DNA of 63,790 bases, filler included, from Thraustochytrium aureum (Eukaryota): assembly GCA_012862495.1 (NCBI GenBank). It is 5 parts of 5 records of this genome, joined end to end, with 100 filler letters (N's around TTAATTAATTAA, not from the genome) between each part and the next. Parts side by side here need not be neighbours in the genome. Positions count along the whole stretch, not along the records: positions 1 to 25,546 come from BLSG01000412.1; positions 25,647 to 39,656 come from BLSG01000413.1; 3 more parts are not named here. One strand, 5' to 3'. Every line of letters starts with the position of its first letter. The stretch's first letter is position 1. A program made the translations under genes and the position numbers. Below are positions 23,694 through 36,124 of the stretch, in pieces. The notes beneath the pieces were generated by a model. That model did not search any database. It had not been told where the DNA came from and was given only the letters and a program-made list of their open reading frames with translations.

Positions 23694-25546
23694 ATGCGCG
23701 CTCTGCGTGCGGCAATCGCGAGCTTGTGCGCTGCGATCTCCGTCGTCGGCAAAAGGAACGTGCTGTTCCTCATGGCCGACGACATGCTCCCCATCCACGT
23801 CGGGCCGCGCTGGCTCACCCCAAACCTGAACAAGCTCGCATCGCAAGGCACCGAGTTCCGCAACGCGCACTCTCAGTTTGCGCTTTGCTCGCCGTCTCGC
23901 ATATCCATCATGACGGGCATTCTCCCAGGGGTCCACAAACAGGAAAAGTTCGGCAAACAACGTTTGTGCAATGCGGTGCGAGGCAGCAAGGTCAAAGTTC
24001 TGAATCAAGTGTTCAAGGAAAATGGCTATGACGTCCGTGGCGCTGGGAAGGTCTACCACGACCACCCGAGAGACTCCAAGTGCGGTGACTTCCTCCTCTC
24101 CAACGAGTATTGGACGCGCCCCTTTTACCTACCCTTTTCGAAAGACGCAAGCACCGGGATCGGGGAACGCTTCTTGGCGAAGCGCGTCTTCTTCGACAGC
24201 CAAGGCAAATTGGTGCAAAAGCCGCACACCTTCAAGAATAACCCGATTACCCAGTTCGTCGACCCCCAAAGCGTGCTCCCACTGACGCAAGAGGACTATC
24301 TTCTCGACTACAGCATCACAGAGTACAGCCTCCGCGAACTGAAAGCCCAACTCGAGGGGTCCGACCCGTTCTTCCACGCTATGGGGCTGTACCACCCGCA
24401 CATGCCCTTTGTTTGTTCCAAGGACAAGTGGGACCTCCTTGAGGGATTCACGGTCAACCCGCCCACCTTCTTCNNNNNNNNNNNNNNNNNNNNNNNNNNN
24501 NNNNNNNNNNNNNNNNNNNNNNNNNNNNNNNNNNNNNNNNNNNNNNNNNNNNNNNNNNNNNNNNNNNNNNNNNNNNNNNNNNNNNNNNNNNNNNNNNNNN
24601 NNNNNNNNNNNNNNNNNNNNNNNNNNNNNNNNNNNNNNNNNNNNNNNNNNNNNNNNNNNNNNNNNNNNNNNNNNNNNNNNNNNNNNNNNNNNNNTTGAGG
24701 GATTCACGGTCAACCCGCCACCTTCTTCGAGTCCGTTGTGTGGGACAACTACCGCCCCTGGCAGTGCGCCGAACGGCAGTACGCCACGGGCGACCACAGG
24801 TACGACCAGATGCGGAAGGCATACTGGGCCTGCGTTGCCGACTCGGACGACCTAATCGGGCGTGTGCTTTCCTTATTAGAGAGCTACCCAGAGCAGCGCA
24901 ACAACACCGTCGTGATGTTCGCCAGCGACCACGGCTACCACCTTGCCGAGCACACCGAATTCAACGAGTATCCGGGCGGCTTCGTGAGAAAGTGCCCAAA
25001 CCACGACAAGGGCTCCTGCTGGTCCAAGAACTCGGCCATGGAAGGCGCCACGGCCGCACCGCTTATTGTGAGGGCCCCCGGGCTCGTTGGACCCCGGGTG
25101 ACCTACGCCCCTGTCGAGTTGATCGACATCTTCCCGACCCTCGTCGACTTGGCCGGGCTAGGCGAGCTGCGGCAGACGCACCACGGCACGTCGCTGCGCC
25201 CCATCCTCGACGGCAGCAAGGGCTACGTCAAGCCGTTTGCTCGCTCGTACTACGATGGCGACAACGGGCGCGGCATGATGCTCAAGTCGATGTATATGCG
25301 GTACCACTACGCAACGAAAAATGACAAACCGGCGCTCTTGGTGGACTACAAGCGCGACCCGCACGGACTGTCTCCGGTGCAGCCGGGGGACAACCCGGTC
25401 TACCAAGCGGCGCTCTCGATGTTCATCGATGCCATTGACAAGGGGACGCAGCAGGGCTATATGCCCGACGAGCCGCCGCCGGACTACTCTGGCATGACGC
25501 AGGACGGCGCTGGCTTTTGCTGCTATACTGCGCAGCGTACAAGCTA
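23694..25546 (+). CDS. Secreted formylglycine-dependent (S1) sulfatase, iduronate-2-sulfatase/choline-sulfatase-like; 3' end truncated
   Basis: Signal-peptide-like N-terminus, NVLFLMADD, AHSQFALCSPSRISIMTG (CxPxR), GKVYH, GLYHPHMPF, FASDHGYHLAEH and VELIDIFPTL. The two flanks of the internal gap overlap, so the ORF is continuous. Confidence 0.92.
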
Positions 25547-25646
25547 NNNNNNNNNNNNNNNNNNNNNNNNNNNNNNNNNNNNNNNNNNNNTTAATTAATT
25601 AANNNNNNNNNNNNNNNNNNNNNNNNNNNNNNNNNNNNNNNNNNNN
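25547..25646. other. Artificial scaffold-joining spacer N44-TTAATTAATTAA-N44
   Basis: An identical 100-bp structure with stops in all six frames occurs four times in the window. Confidence 0.95.
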
Positions 25647-27533
25647 AACTAGCTAGACCTGAACTCTGAAAGAAACCTGAACGTGATGTGATGTGAGCCC
25701 TTCTTTTCTTTTGTATTCTGAAGCACTGCGCGCTTTGCTTCGTGCAGTGACTTGTCAGCGCCTGAGCTTTGTCCAAACTGCCGTCCAAGCTGCCGTCCCG
25801 GTTAAAATAAAAACGCGGCTCAGCCGTAGCATTGCCGACGATGCCTCGGCATGGCCGGGACGCCTCGTGCTCCGCGCGCTCGATCGGCCAACCAGCCTGA
25901 TCGAGGCGCGGGTTGGCGTTGGCGAGCTTGACATGAGAATCGCTCCGAGACGGGCAACCCTTGGCAGGGCCACTTGCGCGAGAAACGCGATCTCTATGAT
26001 CGCTTAGTATTTTAGAAATAAATGCTGCGAATCCCAAACAGTTTCAAACATTGCCTGCACCTGCAAGAGTCCAGAAACAAGGAGGAACATGCTGATGCCT
26101 GAACCTGGGTCCACTATCGTGCTCGAAAAGTACTATGCTGGTGTCGGCACGCGGCTCTTNNNNNNNNNNNNNNNNNNNNNNNNNNNNNNNNNNNNNNNNN
26201 NNNNNNNNNNNNNNNNNNNNNNNNNNNNNNNNNNNNNNNNNNNNNNNNNNNNNNNNNNNNNNNNNNNNNNNNNNNNNNNNNNNNNNNNNNNNNNNNNNNN
26301 NNNNNNNNNNNNNNNNNNNNNNNNNNNNNNNNNNNNNNNNNNNNNNNNNNNNNNNNNNNNNNNNNNNNNNNNNNNNNNNNNNNNNNNNNNNNNNNNNNNN
26401 NNNNNNNNNNNNNNNNNNNNNNNNNNNNNNNNNNNNNNNNNNNNNNNNNNNNNNNNNNNNNNNNNNNNNNNNNNNNNNNNNNNNNNNNNNNNNNNNNNNN
26501 NNNNNNNNNNNNNNNNNNNNNNNNNNNNNNNNNNNNNNNNNNNNNNNNNNNNNNNNNNNNNNNNNNNNNNNNNNNNNNNNNNNNNNNNNNNNNNNNNNNN
26601 NNNNNNNNNNNNNNNNNNNNNNNNNNNNNNNNNNNNNNNNNNNNNNNNNNNNNNNNNNNNNNNNNNNNNNNNNNNNNNNNNNNNNNNNNNNNNNNNNNNN
26701 NNNNNNNNNNNNNNNNNNNNNNNNNNNNNNNNNNNNNNNNNNNNNNNNNNNNNNNNNNNNNNNNNNNNNNNNNNNNNNNNNNNNNNNNNNNNNNNNNNNN
26801 NNNNNNNNNNNNNNNNNNNNNNNNNNNNNNNNNNNNNNNNNNNNNNNNNNNNNNNNNNNNNNNNNNNNTGGGCATCAAGCCGTCGGACCCCAAGCTCGAC
26901 TACTGAGCCGTGCGCCACTGCTACACCACGCCTGCCCTGCCTTCAAATTGAAACAAAACCATCCGTACCCATTTTCTGAACTCACCGATGCGCTGCTCAG
27001 CCCTCTCGACGCCATCAAGCGCACCCCAGCCCACACCGAAAGGAGCAGCAGCGAGCCGTCCCAGGGCGCGAGTAGCCGCACTCGAAGCCCACACGCCGTT
27101 ATTTATCTCCGACTTGGCATCCACACGACACACAGCGCCTCCGCTGTTGATGTATTTTCGCGGCGCGCAGCGCACTCGTTCGGGCCGCCTTCACGCAGCG
27201 TGCCGTGCCCGCGGAGCCGCATCCGCGACGATCTGGTTGATGTTCTTCTGGCCATGGTCTGCTCGGCCTTCAAGTATCATCATTCAAAGGTCTGTCATTG
27301 AGGTCATTTCATTCATCCATGATCCGAAGAGCGATTGTGGCGCAGACCCGCTTCGCCACCGTGCGCGCGGCGTGCAGAACGCGCGTGGAGCGAGCTGCGA
27401 GCCCTGGCAGGTAGCAGACCCGACGCGCTCGCGCTGCCGTGCCCGGTGCGCTGCAGAGCGAGCGGCAGTCTCACATCGCGTTTGTTCCCTTGGACGGTTG
27501 AGATCTGGCGGCCCGCGCGACGAGGCCGGAGGA

Positions 27534-30500
27534 ATGGAGGCCACGGTCGTGGCGGCAGAACGGCTCTGGGAAGTGAATCGGGTGCTCGAGCGCGCCACGG
27601 GTGATGCACTGGGAAGCCTGGACCGTGAAGTGCGCTCTGCGATTGATGCGCTCGTCAGCGCCGTTGCCGCTGGAGGCAACAGCGGCGCAGCTCGAGGCGT
27701 CGCGACTGGGCGCTCGGCGCTCGCGCTTGCATGCAGCGAAGCGCTGTCGCCCGCTACTGCGCTTGCACTGGCCAGAGCGTGCCTGCGGCAAGGGCGCGCC
27801 GACTTTTTCAACGTGTTCCTGGAGAGCCTCGTCGTCGCCCGACGGCCCTCGATCCTACAGTCGCTCGCTCTCCCCATCACGACAATAATCATCGCAGAGC
27901 ATAACGGCGCGCTTTCCGCACCGGAGAAGGCGATCCTGGAACGCCTGCTCATTGGCGCGCAGCACGACCCAGATCTCGCGGCAGAGGCTGCCGAGACTCT
28001 CCTCCGTTCTGCGTCTTCAAACAGTCACGCCGCAGATCTCGCGGCTCGCGTAGCGCAAGTCCACTGGGCGCACTCTAGTGCTGTGCGGCACTCTGTCGAA
28101 GAGCCCGATGACCGCCCGTTCGGAAGCGCAGCAGACCTGGAAGACGCGATGCGCTTCACGTCTTGGGTGCAAAACGCGAGCACGCCCCTTGCGCTCCCCT
28201 CTCTAATCGGCGGAGAAAGCGCGCCTGCTGAATTCGCCTTCTCGTACCCGTACTTTGCTTGGCCAGAGGGTCGCTGGGCGCTCGAGCCTCAGCCTGGGCA
28301 AGGCAGCCACCCCAACTTCTCGCTCACTGCCACAGACAGCGGACTCGCGCGTTGCGTGCGAGGCAGGATGTGCAGCGCCAAGGGCCACCGCGTGCTCGCC
28401 GGCTGGCGTATTGACCCTCTCGACGGAGACGAGAACCGAGCCGATGCTGTCTCAGTCCTCTACACGAGCTTTTGTCCTGCGCGCGAGACGCAGACAGTGG
28501 TCGGTCCAGCAAACGCTTCAACGAGTAGGTCTCCGCTGCAAATTGCCACGAGTCCCGGCCAGCTGATCGGCTGGCACGGGCACGGCTCGGCCGTCGGCGC
28601 GGTACTCGGCGTTCCCCGGCTCGTCTTTCCCGACAATACGGTATTCGCGTTCGATGGGCCGCTGGCTCCTGAGGCGCATGATTTCGCGACGGCTAGGTTG
28701 GGGCCCGGCCAGTCTTTCTCGCTCGGCCAAAATGTCACCTTCCCGGCGAGCGCAGGGTGGTCGATCCAACTCTGGGTCGGCCGCGAATCATCGCCCACTT
28801 CAGATTGGATTGCGCTTGCAGACCTGTCTGCAGCTCGCCTCGAGTTTCGAGAGACCCCAGACCACGTCGAGCTGCGCCTCACTAAAGGCGAGGGAGCCGC
28901 CTCGCAGATCATCGCGCTGGCGAGCGCCAGGCGGATCGCTGGGCGCTGGCTCCACGTGGCATGTGCTGTTGGGCCAGCCTTACAACCAACGCTCTACTTG
29001 GATGGCCTGCGTGGAGTCTGCACCGCGACAGATGCCGCTCCAGCGCTGGCCTCGATTGGCCCAGTCACGCTCCTTCCGGGCTGCGACAAGCCCCTGCTCA
29101 GCTTTGTTAAAGTCTGGGAGCGCGAACTGCTCCGCGAGGAGGTCGGTGCCGAGTTTGCCTGTGGGTTCACGTGCACGGCAGCGAGCAACAACGGGCTGTG
29201 GTCATTTTATCCCATGCAGGGCCCGCCGTCGTTTGCTCTCGCTGACGTGGCCAATGTGCACAAGCATCGCAGTCTCCACCTTGTCAACCTTCCAGGACAG
29301 CACGCCTCAAGCCTTCTAGCAGAGCGGTTCAAGGTGCCTCCGAGCCGGGACCCCCCGACGCCTTCCGTTGTTGCGCTTGACGAGCGCGCCGGCATTCTTG
29401 TGCTCGGTCAGTGCGCAAGGATCCCAAGCGGGACTTCACTGTGGCCTGGTGCAGCGGCCTTCACGCATGCTCGGTTTGCCGTAGGGGGCGGATTCACAGC
29501 CTCGGTCCGCCTTGCCAATCTCGCGCTCGATGAGCAGGTGGAGCTCGTTTTGCACGGTGGAACTGTGTGGGAGTTGCTCGGTTCGTGTCTTGGTGCCCCC
29601 GCGCGCCCCGAATTGGATCACCAGTTGCGAATCGTCGTCAGTCTGGTGCGCGTCGAGGCGCCCGACTTCCTCGGTGTCGGGGTGGCCATTCGGGGGCCAT
29701 CAGGAAGGGACCTCGTCCGGGCCCCAACCGCGGCGCTGCTCCCTGCTCCAAGTTCATCCCCCAACACATACAAGTGTGACATAAGGGTCGAGTATGAATC
29801 GGGAACCAAAGCCCTGAGCGTTTTCGCTCTTGATCGGCCTCTGCTGGCTCTCCGCGTGGACCTGCTCGAAAACCTCGCACTCTCTGGGCTCGATGGCGCC
29901 GTATTTGGTGTTGTTGCTGGAGGGCTGGACCAGCTCGTGCTCGAGAGCTTTCGCGTGCAAGGGCGACGCGGCGAATTCCCCACAAGCCTCGACGTCGGAG
30001 CGCAAGCCCTTGCTGAGCTCGCGGTCCTTGGTCCAGATGGCCCCTCGGCGTCGCTCGGAGCCGGTGCGGCCGGGGTGGCCAACATTGACGACAGCGACGC
30101 GTTTGCGGGGTTCCTCGACGACTGGCCCTGCGCCGCTTGCACCTTACATAATGCCCCGCTTGCGATGTCGTGCACCGCGTGTTCAACGCCTCGGCCGATG
30201 ACCAACGCAGGAGGAGCAGGCCCAAACCCAGTCAACTTTGCCTCGGCAGACGCCCTGCAATTTACCTCAGCAGGCGTCTCCAGTAGCGCGCAGGCAGACC
30301 AGTGGATTTGCACCCAGTGTACGTTGGCCAACCCACGAGCAGCGCCGACCTGCGCCGTTTGCACGTTCCCAAACCCGAATGCCAATACAGACGTAAAATC
30401 TGCGCCGGCAGCTGCTCCGTCAGCCCCAGCCGCTGCGTCCGATACCGAGTGGAGCTGTTCCAAGTGCACAATGAGGAATGCGGCCTCTGCCACAAGATGC

Positions 30501-32247
30501 GCCGTTTGTGACGCGCCCAACACAACCATGTTGGGGCCGTCGCCAGAGAATCCCATCGATGTTACTGGAAGCAACAACCTCTTCGATCCAGACTCCTCAA
30601 ACATCGGCGCCAACCTCGTCCCCCTGGAGAACTCTGGCGGCGGGCCACATGCCGCGCTGGACGCCGTCATCAGTGGACGCAAGGAGAATCTTCGCGCAGC
30701 GATCAATGCGCTCCGGCAGAGCCGCAACACGACGCAGCCGATGGATCTCACAAGCGAGGCCAGTTTTGGCGGTGGTGCGCAGGCCCAGACCGAATCATTT
30801 GGCGCTGCCCAAGTGGTCGGCTGGGACACCACCCTGGGGTTTCTCGAATTGGACCAAGTTGCAGAGGAAGAAGCCCAGGGCCAAGCCGCCTTTGCGATCG
30901 TCCTCGAGGGACCGTATGGGCGCGACCAGGGCACGATGCAGCTTGTCGCGCGGCTCACGGAGGACGCATGCTGGAAACTTTCAGGAACCTGGACCCAGCG
31001 TCACCTCGGCGCGGAGGGGGGGCACGGACGCGTCGGGGTCCACATCGTCGAACTTGCCATGGACGCAGGTGGCGAGACGATGCGAGGCCGCTGGTTTTAC
31101 GGCGACAGCGCGTCCGGCGACTTGGAAGCCAAGCTGTTGAGCGACGCATCGAGCTTCCGTGGGTTGACCCGTACGAGTCCGTCGCGCTCGGTTGTCCTCT
31201 CGCTCCAGGACATGCTGCGGAGAGACCAGGAAGAGGCCATCGTGCGCCTAGTTGACGACCCTGACCTGCGCTTTCGGCCGTTTTTGACTGGGCTTGCCAA
31301 CATGGAGCAAGGGCTCACCAACGTTTGCTACCAAAACTCGCTCTTGCAGGCGCTCTTCATGACCTACGCGTTCCGTCGCGCCGTCGTATTTCCGGGCCCA
31401 GAGACCAGGACAGGCGACGCCCTTTTCACGTCGGTCCAGCAGCTTCTTGGCCGCCTTTTACTTGGCCAGCGGCCGGTCGTCGTTTCGTCTGATCTGCAAC
31501 TTGCGCTCGACCAACAGTGGCAGAACGGCGAACAAATGGACGTCGCAGACTTTCATGACCACATGATGAACGCGCTCAACAGCGTGCTCCCAGGGGGCAC
31601 TCTGGGGAGCATTTTTGGGTGCTCCACTGCGCAGCTATACCACTGCACCTCGTGCGGGTGCTACAAGGCCCGCGAAAATTCAGAGTTCGGTGTCGCTGTA
31701 GCCCTGCCGCGACAGTACATGCCCATCACGGACCTGACCGCAGTGAGTTGCCCGTCGCTCTCTGCGATGAGCGAGCTCGAGATCCCGCACGGTTTTGAGC
31801 TCATCCGCGTCAACCTCAACCAGGACAAGCCCCAAGCCCCCGCCGTGTTTCTTTGCGTGAAGCGCGATCCGAAGGAGTCGCCCATCGTCCAGCTGATCGT
31901 GCGCAGGATTCCAGGCTCGGATCCGGTCCCGGCCACCCCGGGCTATGTTCACGTCCCAGTCAACCTCAACCCAGGCCAAATTGGCATCCAGGACCCTGCG
32001 GTTCTCCCCGACCAAGTCCATTTGTATTTTCAGCGCGATTCAAACGGACCGCCTATCACGGAGATTCGGCTCCTGTGTGGCCAGGAGGACATTGCTTCTC
32101 CACCAGAAGGGTTTCGCGTGATCGATGCCGACCTCAACCCGAGCTGGGCGGCTCGCGAGCATGCAGTGCCCAACCCGACCCCGGCAGAGTCTGCCAAAGC
32201 GGCCGTGAGCGGCAGCGGGTCTAGCCCAGGCTCCTCCATCGTGCGCT

Positions 32248-32281
<34 letters not shown>

Positions 32282-35200
32282 GCTCAGTATGCTGGGTTCG
32301 AGCTCCGCCCGCGCGCCAGCGGCGCACCCGCAAAGCGACCCGGCGGCTGGTTCGCCAAGTGGGCAAAGCCCAGTGCCGAGTGGGCCAGCCACAACGCCTG
32401 TAAAAATTTGCTACAAGCGCGGGATGCCCATCACGGACGTGGTGGTTTCCGCGAGAAAACCCAACAGCGTCGCCGAGTATCAAGTCATCGACCAGCCGCT
32501 AAACTTTGCTCTAGAAAGCGCCCCCGAAGACGACGTCTTCGTCTGGCTTACCGAGTCCGAGACGTTCTCTGCACCCGTGACCGAGCTCGCCCTCGTCCAT
32601 GTCGCGGAGACCGAGCCAGGCAGGCCTTTCGCGCCTCCAGCTTACGAACGCTGTGGCCCCTTTGCGTTTGTCAATCAGAAGGTCCTGGTCAAGCGCCGCG
32701 GGGAGGGATGCCCGCTGACCCAGTTGGCCGTTTTTCGAGCGCCGAGGCTGCCCCCGCCCTTTCGCTTCCACAAGATCATTGACGTCATGACGCGCCACGA
32801 CCTTGACGCCGAGAGCGAACTCTCGCTTCTTGCTGCGGCCCCGTGGGTGCCCCGCGTTGTGGCGAGGGCCTCGTTGGGGGCTGGCTCGAGTGGCGCCGGC
32901 TCGGCGACTGCCTCCTGTGCGTCTCCCGCCAGGCGCGGGAGGGTCGGGAGCGATGGGGAAGCCGTTCACGACGAGACGCTATTCGTGGGAAGGCCCCACG
33001 GGGATCCCATGCCTGACGGAATCCTCCCTGCGCGAGGCACAGTGGTCGAGCTCGAGCCACGCACGACCCCGATTACAGGCGTGTTCATGCAGGGCTCGTA
33101 CAGCGGGCTCCACTTAGCTTCGGCCAGTCGCGACGCGGGCGAATTGGCAGGGATCCTATGTGCGGAGCGGGACGTGTGGCGCTTTACCGGCCTCGCGAGG
33201 CCCAGTGGCTCCGACAGCATCTGGCACGCAGTCACGTTTAGGATCGAGAGTGGGGTGGGCGGGACCACGCTTACAGGCCACATGACCGACTCAAGCGCCG
33301 TGGGCTCTGAGCAAGGCACGGGTGCTTCCTCGTCGGCTTCCGCGCCGGCTTCGGGGGGCGCTGTGGTGGCGCACTTCAAGGCGAGGCGCACAACGAGGGA
33401 CGCTCAGGCTCTGGCCCCAATCCTCGATGTGTGCGTCCTGCGCGAGGGGGATGCTGTTCCTCCTGGGTTTAAAGTCGTTTCCGCGGTGCACTCGGGCCAA
33501 CAGGGCTCAACCAACTTTAACTTGGTTCCCCCAGCGCCGCGCCAGCCAGACTCGCCGTTCTGCGCGGCTTTGGGGACGCCTCCCTCGCTCCCATAACGCG
33601 CCTCTCGCTATTCTTGCCAGAGGTCGAGGAGCTGCCTGACGGGTACGAGCAAGTCATCCAAACGCCGAGCGGCGGCGACGCCAACATCAATGCTGGCAAG
33701 CCCGGGTTGCCGATGTACCTCTGCATTGCGCGCGGCAACGGCGGCGGCGGCGGGGCGGCGAGGCGCAAGTTCCTGTACGACGTTGCGCTGCAGTGGCAGG
33801 ACCCGGGTGATCGGGCCCCGACTGGATTCTCGGCGCTCAAGCACACGATTGCGAACACTATCGACGCCAATTTGTGCGCCGGCAGCCTACACACCGTTTA
33901 TATTTGCACCGCAGAGCGCGTCCCAGATATGCGCACTGTGGACCACCCCGCAAACGGGACCTATTTTGAGGTTGCCGCGACGTCGCCAGGCGGCAGCGCG
34001 TCGAGCTGCTGCTTTCGCCTTCGCGCGGTGTCACAGGAACGCCCCGGCGCGCTTCTCACGGGCTGCCTCAAGACGGTATTTAGCTTCAAATCGCCCACTC
34101 CTAGCTCCGAGCCGCCGATTTCGGGCGTTCTGCTGCGAGCCGAGGCGGGCGACCACCACGGGAGCCTGCTCGGTGTCCCAATGCTCGACGGCGCTGTGCC
34201 CGAGGCAACTTGGCTGATGTGCGGCGAGTGGACCAACGCCAGCGCCTTGCGGCACGTGCCGGGGGCTGGGCAAGGGCCAGCTCGAAGCGGGGCGGCGCCA
34301 ACTGTGTGGCGTATCACGAAGAATGCGATTACGGTCGAAGCGGAGGCGTTCTGGGCCTGGGGACGGGCCTGCGGAGTCGCGCATTTGGTGCAGGACACTG
34401 TGCTCCAATTCGCCTCGACGAGCGACTCTACCGAGATGTGGTCGGAATCCAAGCAGGTGTTCTCAGACCGAAGCAAAAGCACTGATCTGCAGGGTCTGCT
34501 GCAGGCCTCATTTGGGTCTGCCGTACTCGATGGGAACGACCGCCTCGAGTGCGAGTTCGAGGGCAGGAAAACGACCTTCTTGCAGCACACTGTGTTGACG
34601 CGGGGCCCTGCACACCTCGTGCTGACGATCAAGCGCATGGGCTTTGACACGAGGCGGCACCGGCCCGTCAAGCACCTTGAGACGGCCCGCTTCGCGCATG
34701 TGCTGGATCTGCCGCACGCCGACCCTGAGCTCATCGAACAGATCACAAGATTGAGCGGGGCAAATTTTGACGATCCGGGTCAGGACCGGCGCTACGGCCT
34801 GTACGCCGTGGTGGTTCATACTGGAGCCAACGCCAACTCGGGCCACTACTTTTGCTATGCGCGGCACAGCTCGGATATCAACCTGCACCTGGCAGATTCG
34901 CCGTCAGCGCCGTGGTCGCTCTTTAACGACGGCAGCGTGTACTCGGTGTCGTGGAAAGAGATGACAGACCAGATCGAGCTTTCCGTTTCCAACACTGGCT
35001 ATCTGCTCTTCTACCGCCGCCTGCAGGCCGATGAGCCTGACCGCTTTGTCTCGGGAGCGCACCTGCGACGCGCCGCTCAGCCGGGCTACCCCGCGAAGAA
35101 GCCGCGCACGCACGAGCCGGCACAGAGGCAGAGCCTGGCTCCGCCGGCCAACCAGGACTTTGACGGCGACGAGGATATGAGTGACGATGAAGCGATTCGC

Positions 35201-35473
35201 CGCGCCATTTTGCTATCCCAAGCCCCGCCAGAGGCGCCGGTCGCGCCGGTTCCGCCTGAGCAAGAAACTGGTGTGCGGGACCTGTCGTTCGCCGACAAGA
35301 AGAGGCTCTTGCAGCGCCTCGCGCACCGCGAGAGGATGCCTCCGTGGCTACGCGCCATTGTCCGAGACAATTGCGACTTTTTATTGCGAGGCTTTGAGGG
35401 CCTCACGTCTCCGGTGTTTCGCGCTGCGCTGGCGGCGCATGCGCTTGCGCAGCCCGCAAGCAGTTCCCTGTGA
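27534..35473 (+). CDS. Large ubiquitin-specific protease (C19/USP) with LamG/lectin-like domains, three RanBP2/NZF zinc fingers, MABP repeats and a UIM; frameshift in the C-run at 33528-33532
   Basis: Cys box GLANMEQGLTNVCYQNSLLQALF, QMDVADF, His box YAVVVHTGANANSGHYFCYAR..WSLFNDGSV..GYLLFYRR. Three W-x-C-x2-CT-x2-N-x6-C-x2-C fingers, repeated PITD..P.G[FY]..NLN..L...R units, and UIM-like SDDEAIRRAILLS. One extra C joins the 2202-aa and 619-aa ORFs. Confidence 0.9.
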
Positions 35474-35504
35474 CATTTCGACGTAGCGACCATTATTACT
35501 TTTT

Positions 35505-35509
<5 letters not shown>

Positions 35510-35535
<26 letters not shown>
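35510..35535. repeat. (CT)n microsatellite between convergent genes
   Basis: Read directly from the sequence. Confidence 0.9.
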
Positions 35536-35575
35536 GGCTGGAACGAACGCTGGCCGCGCGGCCGCCTGCAGTTCA

Positions 35576-36124
35576 TCAGATGCGGCGCGCACTCGGGCGC
35601 TGCCGCCGCTGGGTGACGCGAACGTCCTTCAAGTTCTTCGCTGGCGCCGACTTGCGCGCAGTTCTCAGTTGCTCTTTCATGAGAACTTGGGCGCGCCGCG
35701 CCTCTACTCGCTGGACCTGGCGTTTGGCCAATCCGTTCAGCTGTTGCGCTTGGGCCTGCTCGCGCAGCTGCGCGTTCTCCACTGCAAGGCGGGCGACGAC
35801 ACGGCGGAGCTCGCGGCTCTGCGTTTGGCTGTTGTGCGCCTCCCGTTCCAGCGTCCCGATGCGCGCCTGAATCCCCTGCAGAACGCTTGCTGCTGCGCTC
35901 TGGAGCTCCTCGTCTGAAGCGCCAGCCAAGGACCCGGTGACCTCGAGGCAAGGCACGAGGCCATGAAGCTGGCAAACATACGCGGCGAGACCAAACCCGG
36001 CTGCGCTTCCTCCACACGAAATCCCGCTCGTCGAGCCAGCCGTGCTCCCAGTCGAGGACAAGACCTCCCACTCTTCATCAGACGACGTTCCGCGAGGCCT
36101 CGTCGCGCTGCGCTGCGGCGCCAT
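35576..36124 (-). CDS. Small coiled-coil protein with a candidate LIR/AIM motif
   Basis: ATG 36124, SSDEEWEVL near the N-terminus, heptad region LQGIQARIGTLERE..LAVENAQLREQ and a basic tail. Confidence 0.65.
   Translation of the reverse strand: MAPQRSATRPRGTSSDEEWEVLSSTGSTAGSTSGISCGGSAAGFGLAAYVCQLHGLVPCLEVTGSLAGASDEELQSAAASVLQGIQARIGTLEREAHNSQTQSRELRRVVARLAVENAQLREQAQAQQLNGLAKRQVQRVEARRAQVLMKEQLRTARKSAPAKNLKDVRVTQRRQRPSARRI

Noticed and set aside
24438..24730. Direct repeat flanking the gap inside the sulfatase as an insertion with target-site duplication
   Set aside because: The flanks are overlapping contig ends, and merging them gives a continuous sulfatase frame (VNPPTFFESVVWDNY). The gap at 45251-45424 shows the same overlap.
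25591..25602. TTAATTAATTAA (also at 39701, 57322 and 61117) as a piggyBac TTAA target site or a biological motif
   Set aside because: Always flanked by exactly 44 N on each side and gives stops in all six frames, so it is an artificial contig linker.
26089..27533. ORFs running through N gaps, and the 182-aa upstream extension of the USP ORF
   Set aside because: Ns hide stop codons. The extension before ATG 27534 looks like non-coding GC-rich leader.
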